A stretch of 64,000 nt of DNA from Trichormus sp. ATA11-4-KO1 (GCA_019358915.1 JAHHIM010000023.1:1-64000), one strand, 5' to 3'. Numbered from the stretch's first letter, positions 18,967 through 29,274 are shown. A program made the numbers and translations. The notes: generated by a model not told the origin, from the letters alone.

Positions 18967-20396
18967 GCCAATACCATCCCCAAGAGTAGAAGCAACATCA
19001 GACTCATTACACCGATTAGATGCTCAAATTGCTCAAGGACACGTGGTAGTTTGAGTGCGGAGCGTCGAAAAATCAAAAAATATGCTAACCATCCAAGACC
19101 GATAGTTGCCAATGGTTTCATAATATTGGCAACGGTATATGCCTCGTAATACACAACATTTGCCGCTATTAGCCCAGCAAGCAAAAGTATCACCGCAGGC
19201 CAAAAACCGGGTTTTACATCCTCTTTTGGTTCATTCCCATGTGCCAGAAATATGAATTTGGCAAAAGATATTGCTGTTCCTAAAGCTGCAAGGTTCATAG
19301 CGATCACTTGCCAAGGCAGCAGATTTTTCGTTGTCAACACCTTCGCCCCAAAGCCGGATAATAGTGGAAAGCCCGATATGGAAAAGCTGGTCATGACTAG
19401 AGCAACCCAGATTGAGGTATTGATCGGCTTCTGTTGCAACTCCTTGAAGTTTCGGCTCGGTAAGTTACCTGCTATCAGGAAAAGCGCCGATTTGACTAGG
19501 CCGTGCGTCAGCGCATAAAAGCCACCCACGATTGGGGCGGCGAGGATAAAGCCTAACTGCGAAACTGTGTGGAACGCCAGCATCCGCTTGGTATCCTTTT
19601 CAAAGACGGCATAGACTACTCCCAGCAGCGCTGTCCCCACCCCAAATATCCTGACGATGGGATCAATTTCCTCTACCATCAAAGCACAGCGCACCAACGG
19701 AAAGACACCAGTTTTGACTACAACTCCTGATAGCAATGCTGACACTGGCGTTTCTGATTCGGAGTGGGTCAACGGTAGCCATAATCCCGATACGAAAATT
19801 CCCCCTTTTGTCAAGAGTCCCACAAAAATGAGAGCGATCGCCTCGGTTGGTGCTTGACTTAACCCGGCAAAAGCAAAAGAATGATTCGCCTGATAGACTA
19901 ACACTGCGCCAATCAGATAAAACAGCATGGCCGTATTGCTGACAAACAGATAGCGCAAAGCCACCCAAATCGAGCGATCGGTTCGGGGATAGGCAATCAA
20001 GAGAAATGCCGCAATACCGATTACTTCTAATGCCACGTATAAACTGATGAAATCCGCACAGATAAACGCGGCATTGACGCTACCATGCAAAATAATAGTC
20101 TGCGTATAAAAGAAAGCTGACTTATCAGTGTGCCAACAGTAGAGGATGACCGCCGCCGTTACCAGGGCATTTGTCAGTATAAAGTAGGCACTCAACTGAT
20201 CTACCACTAATGTGACGCCGAAATTATCTAGTAACTCCAGAGTCAGTGACGACTGGTTAAAAAATAGCTGTAACGCATATCCCACTGAAACAACGACTAC
20301 GCCCAGTGCGAGGTATCGGTCAAGTATGGGGAGTAGATAAATAACGAACCCCAAAAAAAACGGTAGTGCAATCCAGGTGATCGTCATGGTAATCAT
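18963..20396 (-). CDS. mnhD: Mrp/Mnh antiporter subunit D (NdhD5-like)
   Basis: DFISLYVALE, WLPLTHSESETPVSALLSG, DTKRMLAFHTVSQLG, HGLVKSALF. Confidence 0.9.
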   Translation of the reverse strand: MITMTITWIALPFFLGFVIYLLPILDRYLALGVVVVSVGYALQLFFNQSSLTLELLDNFGVTLVVDQLSAYFILTNALVTAAVILYCWHTDKSAFFYTQTIILHGSVNAAFICADFISLYVALEVIGIAAFLLIAYPRTDRSIWVALRYLFVSNTAMLFYLIGAVLVYQANHSFAFAGLSQAPTEAIALIFVGLLTKGGIFVSGLWLPLTHSESETPVSALLSGVVVKTGVFPLVRCALMVEEIDPIVRIFGVGTALLGVVYAVFEKDTKRMLAFHTVSQLGFILAAPIVGGFYALTHGLVKSALFLIAGNLPSRNFKELQQKPINTSIWVALVMTSFSISGFPLLSGFGAKVLTTKNLLPWQVIAMNLAALGTAISFAKFIFLAHGNEPKEDVKPGFWPAVILLLAGLIAANVVYYEAYTVANIMKPLATIGLGWLAYFLIFRRSALKLPRVLEQFEHLIGVMSLMLLLLLGMVLA

Positions 20397-20728
20397 GGCG
20401 TATTGTTCTTTTCAATCTCGTTGCTTTCCAAGGTGGGATTATCCCGTGCCAGTTTCATGACCCCGACCAGCATTAAAGCCTGAATCGAAAATCCGATCAC
20501 AATTGCCGTCAATATCACCGCCTGGGGAACAGGGTCGGCGTAAGCGCGATTTTCGACGTTGGCAACAATGGGTGTGAACAAGCCATCTCGTGATGCAATC
20601 AGCACGTAATAGGCGATAACCCCCGTGCTCATGACATCCATAGAGATGATCTTCATCACCAGGTTCTTTTTCAAGATGATGCCGAAAAATCCGCACAATA
20701 TTGTTGCGAAGATGCACGCTTCTAACAC
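20393..20728 (-). CDS. mnhC: Mrp/Mnh antiporter subunit C
   Basis: DPVPQAVILTAIVIG motif; GTG start. Confidence 0.9.
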   Translation of the reverse strand: MLEACIFATILCGFFGIILKKNLVMKIISMDVMSTGVIAYYVLIASRDGLFTPIVANVENRAYADPVPQAVILTAIVIGFSIQALMLVGVMKLARDNPTLESNEIEKNNTP

Positions 20729-20762
20729 GGGAATTATCTGTTGGGTAGTGGGACAGAATTAG

Positions 20763-22151
20763 TTAGCCAATTAAATTGGCTTCCTCTACAGATTCTTTTT
20801 CTCCTGGCGATTGTTTAAATGCAAACCTTAAAAAAGGCGGTGCTAGGAAGGTTGTGAGAATCACCATAATAATTATTGCAGCTTGTAGAGGTTTATCAAG
20901 GGTACCACTAGCTGCACCAATACCAGCAAACACTAGACCAACTTCACCTCGGGGAATCATCCCCACACCAATTGCTAAACGGTTAATTCCAGATTGACCA
21001 AAGACTGACCAACCAGTCACAATTTTACCGATAATCGCAATCACAATTAAGAAGGTGGCAATAATTAATCCCTCGCGATTCTCAGGAATGACGGGATTAA
21101 GAACACCTAAATCAACTTTGGCTCCCACTGTGACGAAGAAAATCGGTACTAAAATATCAGCAATGGGTTTAACTTGTTGATCTAATTCTTTGCGCTTATC
21201 TGTTTCATCCAAAACTAAGCCAGCCGCAAATGCGCCTAAGATAGCTTCTAAATGAATGGCATTACCCAAAAATGCCATAAAAAAGGCAAAGATAAATGCT
21301 GGGATAATTAAATTTCCTCGTGTTTGCAATTTATTAGCAATGGCCACAAAACTCTGATTGAAATATTTGCCTAATAAAATTGAGCCAATGAGAAATACAG
21401 TGGCGCTAACAATCAGATAAATCACGTTGAAAATATCAACTTCACCAGTTTTGGCCAGACTAGCTACTACTGCCAAGACGATGATGCCTAAAATATCATC
21501 AATGACTGCTGCACCAACAATAATTTGCCCTTCACGAGATTTTAACTGCCCAATTTCTGATAAAACTTTAGAGGTAATTCCAATACTAGTAGCTGTCAGC
21601 GCTGCACCTGCAAAAATGGCGGGAATGACTGGAACGTGAAAGAGCAACATCAATCCTGTGGTACCAGCTGCAAAAGGAACGGCTACCCCGACACAAGCTA
21701 CAACAGTGGCTTGATAACCGACTTTTGTTAGCTCTTTTAAATCCGATTCCAAGCCAATTTCAAATAAGAGAATGATCACACCCAATTCAGCCAGCACGGA
21801 AATGATTTCACTCTGGCTTTGAAAAATTGATGTTACTGCTGCGGGACTGATGTCGTTAATCAATTGCAGGATAGTCATAATGGTGGAGTCAGAAGCAGCT
21901 GCACCACTTTCAGGAAACACAACCAAATTTAGTGCAGAAGCACCTACCACCACGCCACCAAGTAACTCACCTAAAACGGGAGGTAAGTCGATCATTCGAG
22001 ACAATTCACCACCAATTTTACTGGCCAGATAAATGACTACTAAACTAAGTAATACGCCAGCCAAGACAATAGGAGCATTTTCTGCTTCGTTTGTGGTTGC
22101 GAGTAAAGAATTTTGCCACACTAAGCTAACTATTGATTCTGAGAAAATCAT
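20763..22151 (-). CDS. nhaS3: CPA2-family Na+/H+ antiporter (NhaS3/NapA-like)
   Basis: LFEIGLESD, ATSIGIT, AAVIDD, GMIPRGEVGL; position between bicA and mnh genes. Confidence 0.85.
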   Translation of the reverse strand: MIFSESIVSLVWQNSLLATTNEAENAPIVLAGVLLSLVVIYLASKIGGELSRMIDLPPVLGELLGGVVVGASALNLVVFPESGAAASDSTIMTILQLINDISPAAVTSIFQSQSEIISVLAELGVIILLFEIGLESDLKELTKVGYQATVVACVGVAVPFAAGTTGLMLLFHVPVIPAIFAGAALTATSIGITSKVLSEIGQLKSREGQIIVGAAVIDDILGIIVLAVVASLAKTGEVDIFNVIYLIVSATVFLIGSILLGKYFNQSFVAIANKLQTRGNLIIPAFIFAFFMAFLGNAIHLEAILGAFAAGLVLDETDKRKELDQQVKPIADILVPIFFVTVGAKVDLGVLNPVIPENREGLIIATFLIVIAIIGKIVTGWSVFGQSGINRLAIGVGMIPRGEVGLVFAGIGAASGTLDKPLQAAIIIMVILTTFLAPPFLRFAFKQSPGEKESVEEANLIG

Positions 22152-22252
22152 GTTATCTGTCTGTTGTGTTGATTAATTCTGTGGTGAGATTAAGTCCTGG
22201 GAGAAATACAAAAGTAATCATGAAATGGTGGGTAGTTGCCTACCCTGCTTAA

Positions 22253-23980
22253 TTAAGTTTGATATCCGTAGGTATCAGGATCATTTGCTGCGGAACGATA
22301 TTCACTAGTGTCGGTAACGTTGGCACTGACTGCATAAGGATTAATTACAGTCAGGGCTTGCTTGAGTGCTTCTGAACGATTCATCAAGAAATTTTGTGCA
22401 GGTACGAATCGCTCGATGCCAAATTTTTCTAAGCGGCGTTTAATTTTGCCAGATGCACCGACAATTAACACGTGACGACCTTGTTCACAAGCGTCTTTGA
22501 TGGCATTTTCAATTGCTAAAGAAGCCGTCACACCCAACATGGGGACATCGCTGAGGTCTAAAATCAGCACGTCAGAGTCTGCCATTGCTGAATGTTCACG
22601 AGCGATCGCTTTGGATACGCCAAAAATCATCGGCCCGCTCAGGTAAAATAGCAGCACACGTCCGTTAGCTTGATCTAGCAATTTTTTCTCTTCATCGTTC
22701 AAGATAATGGCATCATCCGCATCGGTAATTGTCTTCACATCCTGGGACTGTAACTGAGAAAGACGTTCGATAGTTAAGATGTTGGCAATGAAAACTCCCA
22801 CGCCGACAGCAACAATCAAGTCAACAAATACGGTTAAGAACATGACACCGTACATAATCAGCGCACCCTTGAGGGATACATGATGAGCGCGTTTCAAAAA
22901 GCTCCAGTCGAGAATGTCAATCCCTACTTTGAGAGCAATACCAGCCAATACTGCCATGGGGATGCTTTGAGTTAAACCAGCAGCCCACAAAACTACAACC
23001 AGTAAAATCAATGCACGAGTCAAACCAGATAAAGCCGTTTTAGCACCAGTCTGGATATTAACTACTGTTCCCATCGTTGCACCAGCACCAGGGAGTCCAC
23101 CACATAAACCAGATGCTAAGTTACCGAGACCTTGACCAATTAATTCTTTATTAGACTTGTGTTCAGTGCGAGTCAAACTATCGGCAATTACAGAAGTTAA
23201 CAAAGTATCAATACAACCCAACATCCCCAACATTGCCCCATCAACAATCATCACAGTGATTTGTGATGCACTAAAGGTAGGTATTTGCAATGTTGGCAGT
23301 CCCATGGGAATTTCACCAATGCGTCTGATGTCAACATTTCCGAAAAATACTAGGGAAACTATTGTTACTACTACTAATGCCACTAATTGTGGTGGGGCAA
23401 AACGCTTGAGTTTAGATGGCATTAAGAAAATAATTGCCAAGGTCATTGCTCCCAAAGCTGTTTCCACCGGATTAATATTTGCTAACAGCTGAGGGAGATT
23501 TTGCACCATTCCTAATACACCACCTTTCGGACTGGGTTGTCCCACAAAAGGGGCAATTTGCAGTAATATCAAAATGACTCCAATCCCAGACATGAAACCG
23601 GAAATCACACTGTAGGGCATGAGGGTGATATATTTACCCAGCTTGAATACTCCCAACAAGATTTGAAATATCCCGGCCAGCATAACTACTGTAAATGCCA
23701 TTGCCAAGCCGTTTTCAGGGTCTCTAGCAGTCATGGAACTGACAATTGCCGTCATGACTACGGTCATTGGCCCGGTTGGCTCAGAAATTAAGGTTGGTGT
23801 CCCACCAAATAAGGCGGCGAAAAAGCCGACGCAAACTGCACCATAAAGACCAGCCACAGGCCCAGCACCGGAGGCGACACCGAATGCCAGCGCTAAAGGT
23901 AACGAGACGATCGCAGCAGTTAAACCACCGAACAAATCGCCTCGTAAGTTTCTAAAATGGATAGTATTAGTCAATGTCAT
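22253..23980 (-). CDS. bicA: SulP-family Na+-dependent bicarbonate transporter BicA
   Basis: GDLFGGLTAAIVSLPLALAFG, SEPTGPMTV, GATMGTVVN, C-terminal STAS domain; heads the nhaS3-mnh operon. Confidence 0.85.
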   Translation of the reverse strand: MTLTNTIHFRNLRGDLFGGLTAAIVSLPLALAFGVASGAGPVAGLYGAVCVGFFAALFGGTPTLISEPTGPMTVVMTAIVSSMTARDPENGLAMAFTVVMLAGIFQILLGVFKLGKYITLMPYSVISGFMSGIGVILILLQIAPFVGQPSPKGGVLGMVQNLPQLLANINPVETALGAMTLAIIFLMPSKLKRFAPPQLVALVVVTIVSLVFFGNVDIRRIGEIPMGLPTLQIPTFSASQITVMIVDGAMLGMLGCIDTLLTSVIADSLTRTEHKSNKELIGQGLGNLASGLCGGLPGAGATMGTVVNIQTGAKTALSGLTRALILLVVVLWAAGLTQSIPMAVLAGIALKVGIDILDWSFLKRAHHVSLKGALIMYGVMFLTVFVDLIVAVGVGVFIANILTIERLSQLQSQDVKTITDADDAIILNDEEKKLLDQANGRVLLFYLSGPMIFGVSKAIAREHSAMADSDVLILDLSDVPMLGVTASLAIENAIKDACEQGRHVLIVGASGKIKRRLEKFGIERFVPAQNFLMNRSEALKQALTVINPYAVSANVTDTSEYRSAANDPDTYGYQT

Positions 23981-24326
23981 ACTTTGCTTATAGTTCTAAA
24001 AACAACAAAATTTAGATTGGTAAAAATTGCCAGTGACTTTCAGTAATTCTCATGTTTTTTGAACATGAAAAATTAGGTAAAGAAAATTTTAATTCTTCAC
24101 AAAGCAATAGGGTATGTGCCTTTCTACATGGTGAGTTGCTAAATACGAATCCACAATAGAGAAGGCTTAGGTCAAAGACAGTTCAAAATTTTGACTCAAA
24201 GAACTTACATAAATTGCCAGTTTCTTTTGCTTGCCAACTTTCTAAGGTTAACAATAGCTTACAGCCTTATAATTCAATTTTGTTAATTAAGGAGCATTAA
24301 TATTAAATAAATATTAAATTGCTTGC

Positions 24327-24393
24327 ATAGATAAAAGACTATACTTGTTGACTTACTTTGATGGCAGTAATTAATAAGATAGGTAAAAGTTAT
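24327..24393 (-). promoter_or_regulatory. Putative CcmR/NdhR (LysR-type) operator upstream of bicA
   Basis: ATAG-N8-CTAT at 24327-24342 (ATAGATAAAAGACTAT) and a related T-N11-A site ATAGGTAAAAGTTAT at 24379-24393. Confidence 0.65.
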
Positions 24394-24656
24394 ATTAATT
24401 TTGATGAAAAAGGTTTTTTGACCAGACTAATTTAGTTCATAAATAGCGATCTAAAATTTTGTCCAATTTTAGGCTTTCCACCTTTGTGCCTTTGTGGTTC
24501 AAAAGTCATTCTTTTAACCACTAAGACACTAAGACACCAAGAAAAATACATTACACCTGGAAAGGGGTAGTCCTAGGTATATTCTTTCAGACCAAGATGC
24601 TGATTTGAATTCGTAGATAAGATAAAAGAGTAAAAGGCTTTTCATCCACACTACCA

Positions 24657-25955
24657 ATGACCTCAACCCTGTTAAAATTTCCTCGGATCAATGCTCCCAC
24701 ACTGCACCAAATGCCTAATGGTTTAACCATAGTAGCGGAGCAAATGCCGATTGAAGCTGTGAATCTCAGCTTGTGGATCAAAGTTGGCTCGGCGGTAGAA
24801 TCTGATGCTATTAACGGCATGGCTCACTTTTTAGAGCATATGATTTTTAAAGGAACTGAGCGATTAGCTAGTGGTGAGTTTGAACGTCGAATTGAAGAGC
24901 GGGGTGCCGTTACCAATGCGGCTACCAGCCAAGATTATACTCATTACTATATAACTACTGCTCCCAAAGATTTTGCTGAACTAGCACCACTACAAATAGA
25001 TGTAGTATTTAATCCCAGTATTCCTGATGATGCCTTTGAACGTGAGCGATTGGTGGTTCTGGAAGAAATTAAGCGTTCCGAAGATAATCCTCGTCGGCGC
25101 ACATTTAGAAGGGCGATGGAAACAGCGTTTGAACATTTACCTTATCGCCGTGCAGTATTGGGGCCAGAAGAGGTAATTTCCCAACTTAAACCTCAGCAAA
25201 TGCGTGATTTTCATGCTATTTGGTATCAACCCCAGTCAATTACTGCTGTAGCTGTGGGTAATTTACCTGTGGAAGAATTAATTGCAACTGTGGCTGAGGG
25301 ATTTAGTCACACTCAACACTCAGCACTCAGCACTCCCCTTCGACTTCGCTCAGGGCCAGCGCACTCAGCACTCAGTCCTGAACCTGCATTTACAGAAATT
25401 GTGCGTCGGGAATTTGTTGATGAAAGTCTTCAGCAAGCACGGATAGTGATGGTGTGGCGAGTTCCAGGGTTGGGACAATTAGATGATATTTATGGTTTGG
25501 ATGTTTTAGCGGGAATTTTAGGACAAGGACGGACATCAAGATTTGTTAAAGATTTGCGGGAAGAAAAAGGATTAGTGTCTTCCATCGCTGTGAGTAATAT
25601 GAGTAATTTACTGCAAGGGACATTTTATATTTCGGCTAAATGTGCAGTGGAAAATTTACAGGCTGTGGAGGAAGCGATCGCCCAACATATCCGTATACTG
25701 CAAACAGAGTTAATCTCAGAAAAAGAAATTGCCCGTGTGCGGCGGCGGGTAGCTAACAGATATATATTTGGTAACGAAACCCCAAGCGATCGCGCTGGTT
25801 TATATGGTTACTATCAATCTATGATAGGAGATTTAGAACCTGCGTTTAACTACCCACATCATATTCACAGCCAGGATGCAACTGACTTAATGCAAGCAGC
25901 CAAAGATTATCTGTCTCCAGATGCTTATGGTGTAGTTGTCCTCAAGCCGTATTAA
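24657..25955 (+). CDS. M16-family (pitrilysin/processing) zinc peptidase with an in-frame repeat insertion
   Basis: HFLEH (HxxEH), NAATSQD, ERLVVLEE. Confidence 0.9.
   Translation: MTSTLLKFPRINAPTLHQMPNGLTIVAEQMPIEAVNLSLWIKVGSAVESDAINGMAHFLEHMIFKGTERLASGEFERRIEERGAVTNAATSQDYTHYYITTAPKDFAELAPLQIDVVFNPSIPDDAFERERLVVLEEIKRSEDNPRRRTFRRAMETAFEHLPYRRAVLGPEEVISQLKPQQMRDFHAIWYQPQSITAVAVGNLPVEELIATVAEGFSHTQHSALSTPLRLRSGPAHSALSPEPAFTEIVRREFVDESLQQARIVMVWRVPGLGQLDDIYGLDVLAGILGQGRTSRFVKDLREEKGLVSSIAVSNMSNLLQGTFYISAKCAVENLQAVEEAIAQHIRILQTELISEKEIARVRRRVANRYIFGNETPSDRAGLYGYYQSMIGDLEPAFNYPHHIHSQDATDLMQAAKDYLSPDAYGVVVLKPY
25308..25376 (+). repeat. CAGCACT heptamer array carrying a small dispersed repeat, inside the M16 peptidase CDS
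   Basis: 25324-25375 is identical over 52 bp to the reverse complement of intergenic 45186-45237. Confidence 0.85.
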
Positions 25956-25997
25956 ATTAGGGAGTAGGGAGTGGGGACAATCCTCAAACTCTTATTT

Positions 25998-26115
25998 TCT
26001 CAGCGCCTCAGCGCACGCCACTTGCTTCTCTTCGAGACGCTTCGCGAACAAGTCGGGAGACCCGCCCAACGCAGTGGCTCCTCTGCGTGTTAGCGCAGCG
26101 GGGCGTAAGCCCGGC
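25998..26115. repeat. Nested GC-rich small dispersed repeats
   Basis: ACGCCACTTGC[TTCTCTTCGAGACGCTTCGCGAAC]AAGTCGGGAGACCCGCCCAACGCAGTGGCT within CTCAGCG/CTCTGCG units. Confidence 0.55.
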
Positions 26116-26149
26116 AAAAATCATCCCACCAATCAGCAACGCCTTAAAA

Positions 26150-27013
26150 ATGTGGACTGAAATTGATACTCATATTAGCCAAGTTACTGGCGACAAGTTT
26201 CAGAGTCAGCAGCGAAATTCTGTCAGTGGCGGCTGTATTAACCAAGGCTATGCTGTTTCTGATAGTCAGCAGACTTACTTCGTGAAGCTTAATCAAGCAT
26301 CCCAAGTAGCAATGTTTGCAGCTGAAGCGCTAGGTTTAGAGGAAATGCTAGCGACAGCTAGTATTCGTGTTCCCAAACCTATTTGCTGGGGGACGGCTGG
26401 TAATTCTAGCTACATTGTTTTGGAATGGTTGGAAATGGGAGGGGGTAACAATAAATCTTGGCATGAAATGGGACGCAAGCTAGCAACGATGCACAAAGCT
26501 ACTAGCAGCCAAGGTTTTGGGTGGAAAATTCATAATACTATTGGTTCTACACCCCAAATTAATACTTGGACAGCAGATTGGACAGAATTTTATGCGAAAC
26601 ACCGCCTAGACTATCAGTTTCAGTTAGCAAGGCGACGGGGTGGTAATTTTCCCAAACAAGATCAGTTACTAGCGATTATTCCTGAACTATTTGCAAATCA
26701 TCAAGTGCAACCATCTTTAGTGCATGGCGATTTATGGAGTGGGAATGCTGGATGTACTGCTGCGGGAGAACCGATAATATTTGATCCAGCAACTTATTTT
26801 GGCGATCGCGAAGTTGATATCGCCATGACAGAATTATTTGGTGGCTTCCCAGCCGGATTTTACCAAGGTTATCACGAGGTATTGCCTTTAGATGCAGGCT
26901 ATGAGCAGAGAAAAACGCTTTATAACCTATATCACATTCTCAATCACTTCAATTTATTTGGCGGTGGTTACGCTTCCCAAGCAAATAGGATGATTGACCA
27001 GATTTTGCGTTAA
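26150..27013 (+). CDS. Fructosamine kinase family protein
   Basis: VSGGCIN, YFVKLN, LVHGDLWSGN, FDPATYFGDREVDIAM, HILNHFNLFG; start ATG 26150. Confidence 0.9.
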   Translation: MWTEIDTHISQVTGDKFQSQQRNSVSGGCINQGYAVSDSQQTYFVKLNQASQVAMFAAEALGLEEMLATASIRVPKPICWGTAGNSSYIVLEWLEMGGGNNKSWHEMGRKLATMHKATSSQGFGWKIHNTIGSTPQINTWTADWTEFYAKHRLDYQFQLARRRGGNFPKQDQLLAIIPELFANHQVQPSLVHGDLWSGNAGCTAAGEPIIFDPATYFGDREVDIAMTELFGGFPAGFYQGYHEVLPLDAGYEQRKTLYNLYHILNHFNLFGGGYASQANRMIDQILR

Positions 27014-27264
27014 GTACATGTTTTGGTCTTAACACAAAGCAACAATACTTAATGTTCTGTAGCTCGGGCAGAAGCCAAAATTTGATTTATTATTATAGAC
27101 TTGTTATCAAATTAAGAGACCCCCATGACTCATGACAATCATAGGGATCTATAAAGCTCTTAATTTGGATACACCACCAGCTTCTTTTTTGGCATCAGTA
27201 GCTGGTTAGTAGCTTGACTACATCAAAAGGTGTATTGCAACTGTACCAAGTGTGAACAGTGACA

Positions 27265-27293
27265 CCATAATCCCAAAAATTCTGGGATTATGG
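27265..27293. terminator. Stem-loop just downstream of the PEP-CTERM gene
   Basis: CCATAATCCCA-N7-TGGGATTATGG, 11-bp perfect stem. Confidence 0.55.
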
Positions 27294-27312
27294 CTTTAAT
27301 AAACGGCTGGAA

Positions 27313-27957
27313 TTAAGCATTGACATTTTCTTTCTTCTTTTTAGCCAAACTGTTGGTGAAGAAAGCTCCCAATCCTAAAGCGGCGAGTGCGGCTGTAGTT
27401 CCAGGTTCTGGTATTGTTGACAATGAAGCAGAGTAGCTACCATCTGCATTGATGGAATTGATCGATAAAGCTCCTCTACCAAGAGAACTACCACTAGCAT
27501 CGATAAAAGTTCCAGTTATACCTTGGTCAGTCACTGCAATTCTTACACCACCAGGAAGAGCTAATCTCTCGACGGAAAAGGGGTTATCAACGTTAAATAT
27601 CAAACCACCGAGTGTAATTAAGGGATTAACTGCACTACCAGAGTAGCTTGTACCCGCAATCTGGGTTAAAGACACATCTGACATGGTGGCATTTTGGCCT
27701 ATGAAACCAGCAAAGCTGCCGCTTGATAAGTTGCCAACTGTAGCACTGTCAAATATGATTGTGTCATTTACAGGAGCTAACTGAGCACCGTTCACTATGG
27801 TGGCATCACCAACGATATTCAGTGTACCTGTAAGTGTTGCTGCCTGAGCAGAGCCTACATTAGCTGTTACAGCTACAGCAGTACCGAGAGCAAATGTAGC
27901 ACCAGCAAAGGCTACACCACGGCCAATTTTGTTGAGAGTTTTCATGGTTTTCTCCAT
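27313..27957 (-). CDS. PEP-CTERM sorting-domain surface protein
   Basis: Signal peptide ending AQA-AT; C-terminal IPEP, TM helix, KKKK. Confidence 0.9.
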   Translation of the reverse strand: MEKTMKTLNKIGRGVAFAGATFALGTAVAVTANVGSAQAATLTGTLNIVGDATIVNGAQLAPVNDTIIFDSATVGNLSSGSFAGFIGQNATMSDVSLTQIAGTSYSGSAVNPLITLGGLIFNVDNPFSVERLALPGGVRIAVTDQGITGTFIDASGSSLGRGALSINSINADGSYSASLSTIPEPGTTAALAALGLGAFFTNSLAKKKKENVNA

Positions 27958-27980
27958 CTAAAAGTTTATAGTTGTTATAC

Positions 27981-28084
27981 CAAAGCCTAGGTGAATACTG
28001 TGCTTCGGGTACCTACGCTTTGTGCCACTTTATTAATAGGCTAAGGTTTTGCAACCTAGTCTAATTAGGCACATATTCACAAAG
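27981..28084 (-). promoter_or_regulatory. Candidate structured 5' leader RNA of the PEP-CTERM gene
   Basis: Overlapping inverted repeats 27981-27992/28011-28022, 28021-28026/28068-28073 and 27991-28003/28069-28080; GCAA tetraloop hairpin on the transcribed strand. Confidence 0.45.
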
Positions 28085-28375
28085 AAATGGTATTAGTTTG
28101 GGGAGTGTAATTCCGATATGCAATTTGCCAATACGGTTAGTTGATTACACGCTCTAGCCTTATGGGAACTAAATTTAAGTAGATACAACACCCAGAAATA
28201 GCAAAAGTCAAACTTAAAGTTGTATTTTTAGCTAAATCTTATGTTTCTCCTGTCAGTATTATCACACGCAATTCCTAGGCTTATCATAAAATAACAGTAA
28301 AGAAGGCACTAAGTTTGTGTGAATACTTTTACGTAAATTTCTCTATGAAAATTATAATAAAAGCTATCGAATAAT

Positions 28376-28409
28376 AACAGGCTAATCAACATTGAATGAT
28401 TAGCCTGTT
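28376..28409. terminator. Stem-loop downstream of nblB
   Basis: AACAGGCTAATCA-N8-TGATTAGCCTGTT. Confidence 0.6.
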
Positions 28410-28528
28410 GTGTATAATTTCAATTACATTAGCGGGAACAATTTACAGCACTATCGATTGCTATGACTAGTAGTTTCTCTCAACAACTAAAATTCAGTAT
28501 CAGAGTATATTTACTGTAACTAAACAAC

Positions 28529-29191
28529 TTAAACTGAATGCAAAGCTTTTCTCGCTTCATTTGCCACCGCTTCGACCTCATCATCAACAAGAGTTTCTAA
28601 TACAGATTTAGCATCTGCACCACCTAAACGAGTCAAGGCTTGCACAACTCTGTAACGAATCTGCCAATCTGAGTTACTAGCAAAGGGTGCTAAAAGAGGG
28701 ATTGCTTGTATATCTCCTAACTCTCCAAAGGAACTAATAGCAGCAGTTTGGACTAATTCATTCTCTGAAGAGAGTGCTTGTTTGAGTAATGCAAAAGCTC
28801 GCGGATCACCTAACTCTCCTAATGTAGCAATGATGCTAAATTGCACCAACCACTCCGGGGTTGTGTTGTAAAGCTGCTCTAAATCTGCAAAAGCATCGTG
28901 TAATTTTAAAGCCCCTAAACAGTCGGCGGCGGCGGCTTGAACATCAGGTTCGGGGTCATTGAGTAAACCACGTAATATGTCTAAAGATAGTTGTAAATTT
29001 TGGTTTCCTAGGGTATCTATTTGACTCACAGCAGAGTATCGCACTCGAGAGTTACTATCACCAATAGCAATTTGAATTAATTCAAAAGCTTTTGCTGGTT
29101 CTAATTCGCGGGCTTGATTAACAGCACGCAAGCGATCGCCTAAATCCTCAGAACTAAGTAATTGCCTTACAGACTCAGGAGTAATACTCAT
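28529..29191 (-). CDS. nblB: HEAT-repeat phycobilisome degradation protein NblB
   Basis: PBS-lyase HEAT repeats (RVRYSAVSQ, DVQAAAADCLG, DWQIRYRV); MSITPESV start; next to a CBS gene. Confidence 0.8.
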   Translation of the reverse strand: MSITPESVRQLLSSEDLGDRLRAVNQARELEPAKAFELIQIAIGDSNSRVRYSAVSQIDTLGNQNLQLSLDILRGLLNDPEPDVQAAAADCLGALKLHDAFADLEQLYNTTPEWLVQFSIIATLGELGDPRAFALLKQALSSENELVQTAAISSFGELGDIQAIPLLAPFASNSDWQIRYRVVQALTRLGGADAKSVLETLVDDEVEAVANEARKALHSV

Positions 29192-29274
29192 TTATTTGTC
29201 CTAATTTTCAAAAGTGTTTAAAAAAGTCAATCACCAAAGCAGAAAAACTCTATACCAATAACTAATGACTAAGA

